From Rotaria socialis (Eukaryota): a stretch of DNA of 53,475 bases. Where the stretch lies: contig CAJNYD010000011.1 of assembly GCA_905331295.1 (NCBI GenBank), positions 188,189-241,663 of the forward strand. Reading direction: 5' to 3'. Numbering within the stretch: position 1 is the stretch's first letter; every line of letters starts with the position of its first letter. A program made the translations under genes and the position numbers. The notes under the pieces are model-generated. The model had not been told where the DNA came from and made no database searches. It worked only from the letters and a program-made list of their open reading frames with translations. This document shows, piece after piece, positions 36,692 through 50,300 of this stretch.

Positions 36692-39600
36692 TCAAACAGC
36701 GCCACCATTTTTACGTTGATAAGTACGATCTTCAACTCTGCCGGAAACTGTTTTATCTTTCGTATTTGGTTTATTTATTGAAGTATTTCCTGTTAATGAT
36801 GATGATGAACGTATCATAGGTAAATTATTTGCTTGCTCAGGCTGTTTGACAGTAAGTGGCTTATGTCGTTGGGCATACGGTGAATCATTCAATTTATTTT
36901 CACTGGGGATTAAATCAATAGCGTATTGAAGACATATACGCTGTATATTAACAGCGTTAGTATGATGAAAAGGAAGTGTTGGACGTAAAATTAATAATTT
37001 TCCATTTTGCGGTGAATTACTGCGAGCAACCATCGATGTTTTTGATGGATTTTGTTGTGAGTGAGGAAATTGCTTTGGTAAAATTTCTTCAATTCTAAAA
37101 TATAACAGATGCAATACTATTTAGAATTACAAAAATCAGAAATTAAAAACAACTTGAATGCATCTGTTGATATATAAGTAGGATGTTTTTTTGGTGATTT
37201 CGATTTTGGACATAATTGTGATTTTCGTGTTTGAATATTTTTATCGGTATCATTTACTGGACGTAACTCGTCATGTTGTTCACGTTCCATTCGTCGAAAA
37301 ATACATTCTTGTGTTTGTGTTTTACGTGATACACGTTTAGGTCGACGACGTTTTTTTTGTTTTTCTGTTATTATTTGTTCTGTGTCCGATTGTGTATGAC
37401 GTTCGAAGTCTGCCGATGATTGAAGCGCTTCTTGGTTCTTTTGCGGTTTCTGTTTAGTTGATACAAGAGAAGTTTGATTGCTATCTTCATCGTTGATGTT
37501 TTTAACAAGAACAGTAACATTAACATTAACTGCATCATCGTTGTCATCGGTTTTTTTATTTGAACGTTGAACTCGACGAGCATTCGTATCAAGATCTGTG
37601 TCTGGTGTTGTTGTTGAAGTTCGTTCTGTTGTTGTTGTTGTACGACGAATTTTAGGTTGATGTTGACCTGAACTTGGTTTTATTCCTTTCGATGGTTTTT
37701 GAGAAGTTGATTCTAGAAAAAGGAAATAATAATAAGATATTAATTGATGTCACACTCTCAGTAATATTCTTAAAGCAACTGTGTTGGAATCGTATGAAAT
37801 TTACAGAATGTAATGAGCCTGTAGTAGAGAAATTTTTGCTAAGGTTGCTCAATTGTATATGATGATAGATTTCGAGAGAGGTTTAGCATGCAAATATCAA
37901 GAATAAATTATATAAGGTCTTTATTTTATGTAGTTAGGTGTGTTTTTATTTGAAAAAAATGAAACAATTTTGAGCGTAAGACTTTTGTTTTTAAATTGAA
38001 TTCCTTTGTTTTACGCAAAGGCAAAAGTATTAAAAGTGTACTGAACTGAAAAATGCTAAAAAAAAGGTGATTTGTGTAAAAGTATATATTTATGTCATAC
38101 AATCAAAATTAATTTAAAACCAGAGCTTTCTGAAGCATTGAGATTTTGCCAGTTGTTTCAACTGGAAAAACAAGCAATTAATTACAAATAGATTCTGAAC
38201 TGCTAGTGACACAAAATCTTTTAGGGAAGAGCATGTGAGTCAAATAAAAAAGGATTGCATTGTCTGCCAATTGTTTAGATATCTTCTTGGCATCGGATAA
38301 TCGCACAAGATGAAGAAAAAAAAGTTGAAAATCTATCTTCTCTCTAATTTCGTAACAAAACAAGATGCCTGTGAGGTCTCTGACTATTGTTATCCTATGG
38401 TTTCTTTTTATTGAGGTAAATTGTAAGAGAAATGATGACGGAATAGAGTTACCTTGTTGTTTTTTAGAAATATGACGTGTGTCAGCCTTATAATCTACTC
38501 TTTGATCGGTACTAGTTTCAACATCGATTTTTTTCGATTTAATACGTTGTGGCTGTTTTCGTACAGATCCTGTATTAACATCGGATGCTGAATCGATCGA
38601 TGCATCGTCAACAAGTGGAATATAATTCAAAGAGTCAGCACTGTTACTTCGATGTTGCTCTTTCTTTTTTTGTTCATCTGAAATTGAAATGCAAAATTTA
38701 ATAGAATAGATAAAGATAAAAAGTTTTAATAATTTGACTAGTACTTCGTTTTCTAGTTTTTGGTGTGATGATATTATGTTCAGCAAGTTGTACAACATTT
38801 GGTGATTGTGGTCTTGATGATGGAACATCGTCATCAGTTAATTGAAGTGGTGGAATATGAATTTGTTGAGTAGCTTGCGATGTTTGATTGTTTTCTCTGG
38901 GTGTTGTTCGCGCCGATGAAATTATTTGTTTAGCTGACGTTCGAACAGGAACATCGACATCCGTTGATACTCGGCGGCTACCTTCATTGTCAGTCGAAAT
39001 TATTTGTTCTTGTTTTGAAGTACTCGTACGACGAGAACTAGATAAGAAAAAAAATACTAATTGAATGTAAAAGAAAATATGATTTGTTTTATGGAACCTA
39101 GATAATTGTTGTTGACTTTCTCGACGGCTAACATGTGAAAAGAAAAAGAATTGATAATAAATTATCCATTGTTAGTTCCTCATTCTATTCCTCATCAAAA
39201 TCAACGAATACGCTTATTGTTAATTTCTCACAGACACTTATGTATGTAGATGAAGTTGGCTTATTCCTGAACTTTTTTTTTCAACAGTTCGTTCTATCCG
39301 TAACTCTATTAAAAAACGACAGTTTGTTTCTGTTTTGTAACTGCAAAAAATTCATTCAATAGGGAGTGAATTATATGTACTTTTCTGCTTATGAGTTATA
39401 CACACCTAGCATTTGGCTGTTGTTCAACTAAACTTGGCTTTCGACTAGAAGATTTGCTAAAAGTAGTAACCAATATATATATACGATATATATTTAATTA
39501 GAAAATGAAATGTGTCTTTCAAACCTCGGCGATTTTTTTTCTTGGTCATCAGATGAATTTTGTTGAATAGTAGATTTTTTCTCACTAGTAATACTCGCTC

Positions 39601-40889
39601 GGTTACTTGATACTTTTTGTTCTGATGCATTACTTCCTTTGCGACTTGAATTTAAATTCAGTTTTTGCTGTTGACTGGTATTACTGCTACGGCGACTTTT
39701 TGATGAAGCTGCATCGCCATCAATCATCTTTTTATTGCTAACTGAAGATTCTGTCGAAGTTTTACGATTCTTTTCACTTGTTGGTGGTGGACTATTGATA
39801 TGTGCATTATCAGTCTCGTTTGTTGGTATTTGAAGTTGTTCACCTGATTTTATCAGTTTTGATTGTTCATTGGTAGTCGCAAGATCATTGTTCAATTGAG
39901 TTGTAGATGATTCTGATTTATTGTCGTTAACGTTTGATTTCATAGCACTCGATGATCGAGATGTTTGCTGTGGATCAGTTTTATTCACACTCTCGCGTCG
40001 TGATGATGATGACGCTTTTTCACCGGTCAATGGTGATTTTGGCCGTTGAATAACCATAGATTGCTAGAAATAAATTTTTTATTCAGAATGAAACCATACA
40101 TATTCTAATTATGTAAATACATACTGATTGTTTACTTGATGTAGATGGTATTCTCGATACTGATGGTTTAGGTGATGCAGCAGTAAAACGTGTTGTTTCA
40201 TCAAGATGATTGTTTTTTGTAGCACTTGATGATCGTTCAGTATCATCATTTGATTCTTTTATCGACCGAATAGAATCACGATCAAACGTACGATCTGTAT
40301 TATTTTCTTGTTCTTGTTGTGATAAATTATTAGTTGTATTAGTATTTTTTGCTATTTTCCGACCACTACTAAGATCACTAGTATCATCTTCATCAGCCGA
40401 ATTTTCATCTTGTAGCACAGGTAATGTTGATGGTTGTTCAGCTGGATTATGATGATCAATAAGAACTGATTCACTCATAGATCGAACTGGACCTTGATTT
40501 ACATGATTTAATGATGAATCAGTTATGTTCGGTGTCGAACTATCTTGATCAGTAATTAAACGGTCAGATGCATTTGAACTTCTCGGAAGAATATTATCAT
40601 CATCAGGTATTATTGATTCCGATTGTAATTCATTGCTAAGTTCATTTGTTTTGCTATCGGAATCTTCATTATTTGAATCATCATTATTATAGGATGTGCT
40701 TAATCCAATGGGAACAGTTTCTGTTTGTTGTAGTGCACCTTCAAAAACGAAGAAATTCAGTAGTAAAATTTTAGAAAAACAAATTGTTATCTTTGTCGTA
40801 CCTTCAACGAGTGGATTATTGACTAGAGCAGCTAATGCTCCTAATCCAGTTGTTGACGCTTTTTTTGAAGAATCCTCACTATCACTCAT
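36692..40889 (-). CDS. Multi-exon Ser/Thr/Asn/Lys-rich, probably disordered protein of unknown function
   Basis: Chain of same-strand ORF segments (within 40083-40898, 39494-40057, 38178-38834, ~37155-37712, 36692-37114) separated by GT-AG introns. ATG at 40889 (MSDSEDSSKK). Not every exon boundary was resolved. Confidence 0.7.
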
Positions 40890-42046
40890 GATTGTCAATA
40901 GACGTGTTTTAAAAATTAACTAATTACGTTCAGAATCCAAATCTACAAGCAGCAAACATCTAAATCAGTAATAAATAAAGTTGAAAAAAAAGTTAAACAT
41001 ATAAGATTTAAAAGAGACTATGGAATAGTCTCTACGACGACTCCTTGTGACAATCAATCTGATCATTATCGTTGCTTCATATGCACAAATAAATAGAAAA
41101 AAAAGAACTGGCAACGACAACAACAACAAAGCATACTAACGATCAGTGTGTTTCTATGATGAAGCTAATGGAATACAGAGATTTTGTTTTCTTTTCATCT
41201 AAATCGAAAGAAAAAGCGAATAAGACGAAAAGCAGGTAAAGAAAGAAAAAAGAGAGACACCGGTTGATGTATAGTGAAATAAATTTATTGTATCATAGTG
41301 ATAGAAATGCGCAGATATAAAGTTTCAATTAAACAAATAGAATAATATGAAATGAGTATTTTGCAAGTCAAAGAAATTTTCTTTTCCTATTGACTCAAAG
41401 ATCAATAATAAAATATGAAAAGTTTTTTTTTTGCTACAAATAAACTTTCCAGATCAGTATTGTCGAAGTATTTACTTATGATTTTTTTTGATTTCTATCT
41501 GTACCACACTGTTTACAATTGATTGTCGATGTATGTCGTCAAGGAAAGGTGTTGTTAAGGAATGCTGTAATTGCCGTCAAAAATAAGAAAATTTTAAGGC
41601 ATAAATAACCAGCATCCGTTGTCGACTATTTCTCACTTTTGATTTTTACATTAGCAATTATTAGAAGAAATGCAAAGAACGAAAGCACAATATAAAACAT
41701 CACGCCCTTTCTCCTTTGCCTCTATATTTTGAAGCATGTTCCAATTGCGTTTCAATCGCTTTCAAAAATGAGTTCAGAAACAAAATGAACTTGGAAGGTT
41801 TTTCTCTTTCTAAGAATAACATAAAATGACATAAACTTGAATTAAAATCTCTATGCCATAATAGCAAACATAGAAGTAACATTCTTTTTCTGCTTACTCT
41901 TCAAACAACATAAATAAGAGCTGCTTATTAAAATAGTGTCTTATACTTCTTATCCAGTTAATTCATGTTTCTTTTTATTTCTTTTTAACAAAAAAAACAC
42001 CAAGAAAAAAAAAGAAAACCAAGAATAACAATCGAACAAAATCCCA

Positions 42047-44669
<2,623 letters not shown>

Positions 44670-44802
44670 ATCTAAAATAAATACATGTGTATATACGTAA
44701 ATACTTCAATATATCATGAAAACAAATACTGTCCATAGTTGCATTAAAACTGATCAAAACAAAACGTCAAAAAGGAAAGAAAAAAATTAAAAGAAATTTT
44801 AG

Positions 44803-46560
44803 TTAGTTATTTTTTTTATCGGGTGATGATGCTGGCTGTTTTCGAAGTGCCATCATTATTTGACGTCTTGCTGCTTCATCAAGTTTATGTATACCAGTTA
44901 AATGTTGACCCATATGACGAGATGAAATCGGTGACTTCCAACAAATAGCTTTCGAATGACGTAAAGGACATTGAATATAAAATGTATCATTTAGTAATTG
45001 CTCATCGGGACGAAACACTAGTCCAGGCTTATTTTTTACAATGGCTTCAGATAAACGTTGAGCACACGAACGTTTCATTTGATGATACACAACTTAAATA
45101 GAGAAAATTTTAAAAAGTCATATTTTTATACTATTATGGGGTTAGTCATTTCTATTAACTTCTATTTCGAGTAGGAATTTATGAGTTAATGTATTTAAGG
45201 CAATAGATTATCTTGGCAAAATCTAGATCTCTTTTTACGGCGAAACACTTTACAATCGAGATATGCTCACATCAACAAACATTCAAACTAAATCAGCACT
45301 GACCAAAATGATCATATAGGCAAACATCTTTTGGTGTAATTAATGGTGCCCCAATTGGTTGATTAGGCTGTGTACAAAGACGAATTTTATGTTCAGCTGT
45401 AATCCCAAATTTTCCATATTGATTCAATGGGCATTGTGCACGATAAACAGTTGGATGTGTTGCAATGAGACTTGCAGATTGAGATGAAAATAGATCAATA
45501 TCACCTTCTTCATTTTCATCAGCAAGTAGACGTACAATTTGCATTGTTGGTGAATGTGTTAATTGATGATACTGTATTAAATGTTTATCTAATAACAATA
45601 ATCAAAAGTTGTTTTATAAAGCTAAACTAAAAAGATATGTATTACAAAGATTAATTGGTGCTGTAACGCGTGTACATGGAAAATGACGAATACCATGTTT
45701 ATTCGGATCGAGACCATAAGTTCGTGTTGTTAAAGGACAACACCCTTCATATTTGTAACGTTTAAGTTGAAGTATCTATTAGAAAACGAAATCGATAGAG
45801 AGAAAAGAGGAAGTCATTGCTTATTTACTGTAGATTTTTTTGTTGTCTGTTTATTGTTTCGACTAACTTTTGAATATGAATGATCATCGCTATGGTAAAA
45901 ATCAAATTATTCGATTTACAACGAAGAATATAATCGCAAGTGTACATACTAATCTGTATGTACATTTGATTCACAATTCATTGTTTCATCATTGATATTA
46001 TTTGTAACTCTTTCAGGTTGTTTTGAAGTTTGCTCAACGAGTAATTGATTAAGAACAACAACATCGCGAAGAGAAGAAAGATCTAAATTTATTAATTTTG
46101 AATATGATTGATCAACCTCTATGTGTTTATTACTGTTTGCAATGTCATCTGAAACATCACAAAAGAAAAACTATAATAGATTTTACGTTCATACTTTAGT
46201 ATAATAATCACCTATAGTAGATTTATAGTTTTCGTATTCATTAACTAATTGATCTATGCTATCAAGAAATGTAAGTAATGATGATGTTGGCTGTTGGCGT
46301 GCAATTTCGCAGTCATATAATTGTATTAATCTTGACTTTTGATGGCAAAGTCGGTGAATAAAATCTTGTGAATTGGCATTTGAAGCAGTATTATCGCCAT
46401 CAAATGAATTCGAATTTTGTGGTGTAATCAGCGGAGTTGGAAGAAAATCTTGTTTTGATTCTTCTGCCGGATTAACACAAACTACTAGCTGAGTGTTTGG
46501 ATAAATTGAAAGTTGCGGAGATATTAGATGACTAGATGATAAAGAAGAGATTGTTGACAT
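44803..46560 (-). CDS. Multi-exon protein with three CPL...C...HxxxH zinc-finger-like repeats
   Basis: Spliced segments give GCCPLT..H..PC..LYKHLIQYH, AQCPLN..H..LC..LYDHF..YH and IQCPLR..IC..HLTGIH, after a low-complexity N-terminus. Confidence 0.72.
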
Positions 46561-46943
46561 CAGAAAAGTTTTATTCTCGAAATACTAGAAAATAAAACTT
46601 GGCTTAGCTTGGTAGGGATAGGAATCTATACAGCCAACAGCTGATCAAAACTCAGGAGGTTAAGGGAATACTTAAACAGACCAATCTGGTTACAAGATAT
46701 GTTCCGTATGAGAGAGACATCTGTGAGAAAAAGATTTCTTCTCGTGATAATCGTCTGGCTGACAAAATTTTGTAGATTCATATAACGTTAAGTCAAAACC
46801 AAAATCAACTGATAGACTAATTCGATGTCTAGCAACACTAGTTGAAGAATATTGAATACAAGATACAATTACTATTTAGTCTCTATCATTGTTGATAGCC
46901 GTTCTGATTGACATTCTTCGCTTTTGTGCCTCTCTTGTTTGTA

Positions 46944-47077
46944 CCCATGTAATAAAAACCGCATGAAAATCGGCGGTTAACCGCGGTTTTACCGGTCCGG
47001 TTACCGACTCTCATTACCACAGAACGGATAAATACCGCGGTTTACCACAAAAATTGATCCGGTATTCGCAACATGGG
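46944..47077. mobile_element. Small MITE with CCCATGT ends
   Basis: ta|CCCATGT ... ACATGGG|ta, with internal ACCGCGGT/ACCGG palindromes and GC content above the flanks. Confidence 0.65.
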
Positions 47078-47322
47078 TAATCAACATTTTTCTGTTGTTT
47101 CTTATAGAATCATGGGTCTCTGAGTCAGACGAGTGAACCTTTTTATTTAACGATTACATATGGAGTGTATTTAAAGAAAATAATAAGCTGAAAATAATGA
47201 AGCAAGCTAAACGAAGATATTTCTGGTTTTTCAGAGATCTTCGAAGAATTTCATTATAAACTATTTTATGCATAATATTCGTGACTAAAAATTAATTCAT
47301 TAGACATTTAACCATTATTACA

Positions 47323-50300
47323 TCAATCATTTCCATCTTCTGTGTTGGCATCGGTATCGAATTCGCTCTCTGCATAGCTCTTATCTTCAATTTCACTATC
47401 TCGACCACTAATATTCTCACTGGTACCAGAAAAATGTTCGACTGATTGTTGTTCTTTCGTGCCATTATCATTTTTCGTCAAGATGTGAATCTTTTCTGAA
47501 ATATTTTTAAACTGATTAGAATTGTTAGCGATAATTTCAGCCAAGAATTGTTCCGGTTTCATTGTTTGATGAAGGACAAACTTGGTTTCATCGATATCGG
47601 CGATAATTGCAAGATTTGATCTTCTAGCAAATGAAAAAAATAGTTGACAAACAGATTCAATTGTGTAGGGTGGTGGCTGATCTGAATGTGATAATTGATC
47701 TAAACATCTCTGAATCAATGTGATAATGCTTTTGTACCATTGGTTCAATGGAGGATCAAATCTTAACGTATTTTCACTCATGAGCTCGCATAAAAAGTTT
47801 AAAGCTATCGGAACGTCGATATGTACCAACATTTGTTTCTCCGGGAATGCCCAATCAAGCGTCGTCAATAGTTTCGATACGAGAACGTGCAAAGTTTCAT
47901 GTTGACATAGACCACGCTCGGCAGCTGTTTCCAGCCGTATGAGACCGTTAATCATGTCAGGTATTAGTAATAGCAGCTCATCAGAGAGACGAGCTAAATG
48001 AACCCCAAAGAATGGCTCGAAAAATGTATGCAGTGGTGAATAGTATTCTTCTTCTTTACATTTACTTTTGACTGATTCGGTTATTTTTTCTGTGATGGTC
48101 GTTAAATAAGTGTCCAGACTACAGCCGCTTTGAGTGCTAAACAAATATTCAATAAAATATTGTTGATCTTCTTTTCGTTTGTTCCATAGAATATTCAAAG
48201 TGTCTATCGCAGCACATTCATTCAAATAATTTTTTGCTAGAGCATATGCATGAATCATTGCAGAAGATATAAATTCATTTGAAATTCTAGACGGTGACGA
48301 TGAACTAGCACGTAACAACTGATTCACGTTTATGCATACACTTGGTACCACTTTTGTTACAAGAGAAATGCAGTTCGTATTTATTTCACGCTCCAGTGAT
48401 TGTATGTTTTTCATCTGCTGAGCTACAAATTTATCACCTTCCTTGTCAGTGGCAAGCAACAAATCAGCCACACACGGAGCTGTGCATTGTTTGTATGATG
48501 CAGAAACATATTCATCATCGCGATCACACGAAAATAGTCTAGGAAACACGGTATTAAACAACCAAATATGCTTATGGAACAATGCCCGCGGTTCTGATGT
48601 GTCATCTACGTTCATTTCGTCTACATACGAGTATAATTTCAACCACACTCTCAATTCGAACGATTCGTTACTTAAATCGTTCTTCAAAACGCTTTTACGA
48701 ATTTCACCCACAATGATTTGTCGATCGGATTTCAATAATAGAAATAGATGATGGCATAGAGAGCTAGCCATTGTAAAATGCTGATTATCCATTGTTTCAT
48801 TGGCTATTAGTTTCACAGCTTCTTCAAAATTGGCACGATTATAGAACTCTCCAAATTTAAATAATTTTTTAAGGCCTTTGATATCACGAGAATTTGACCA
48901 AACATTATAAGAAGCAAAATAATTCGAATCATCATTCACATTCTGTTCATTATTTCGTGCATTGAATAATGGCGGAGGGGATTCCCACCATATAATCGGC
49001 CCATTCTTTTTTGAAGGTGGTACAAACAACCAGCTCTCTGTTATTGATATCCATTGATCATGGAACACAGGATGATGTGCAATATCAAAATAACTATCTA
49101 AAAAGAGTTTTGTTACTTTATATTCTGGACAGAGCATCGCATATTTCAAGTGATTTTTGCAATCACGAACTAATGGATCTTTGTCTTTTCTTGATTTAGA
49201 TAAGATATTAATGTACAATTTTGCTTCGAAATATTCGGCAAATGTTTGATGAATGAAATGAATAACCTTGGGATTCCCAATCGATTCGGCGATACCACCT
49301 CCATTAATTATTTCTGATACGGTCACTGCCGGAAGTTCCTCTTCTTCTTCAAACCAAAGATGGTAAATATTTGGTCGTAATACACAGAAAGCAGTTCTGG
49401 CATGAACACGAATGAAACAATCGAACATAGATTTGCTAAATGGATTAGGCGTGTTTAGATGATAGTTATTTAACAATTTTGAATATTGTCGCTCAATAAA
49501 TTTATCGAAAATTGTTATCACATTCAATTTTATTAAATTGTTATGATCATTACCACTAGCATTGCTATTTGGTTGCTGATTATCAACTAATGCGAAGGCT
49601 ACAGCAATAATTTGGCAAAGCAATGGCGTGCCAAGTAAACTTTCCGCTGTGTTGTTGACATATGTATTAAGACGTTCGATAAAATATTCTGCTCTATCTC
49701 TTGATCCATGCCAATATTCATTAAGATAATTAATTTGTTGGTGCTTCGTAATCGGTTCGAAATCGTATTTATTTATGATAAGAGCCTCTGTTAAACTACT
49801 AAGAGCATATTTTCGAGTTGTAATGATGATTCTTATTAAATGCGTCGTATTCGTATTCAGTGACTGTATCAATTTAATACATTTTTTTTGAGCATCTACG
49901 CTGATTTCATCGAACCCATCCAAAATGATGATTAATGCATGCTCATTAGAGAGCCCTTTTAAAAATTGCAGAAGAAAATGTTCAGACAACTGTTTATCGT
50001 CCTCATTACCATCAAAGTTGGTAACAAGAAATTTAACAGCATTCTCCAATGATTCTATTTGATTAGTTTTCACAAATAATTCTTGATAGTCTCTCAAATC
50101 AACAAGTATTTTCCATACAAAGGTTGGTGTTGATATGGGTAGATCTTCATTAAAGAATCGCAGCCTTTGGTTGGATAGTAGCCATCTAACAAAATAGGAT
50201 TTCCCCATTCCAGGTTCAGCTGCTAAAACAGTAATATGAGTCCTAAGAAGAAATTTATCATCGTCGATAATTTCCCATGACTTTGTATTGATATAACGAT

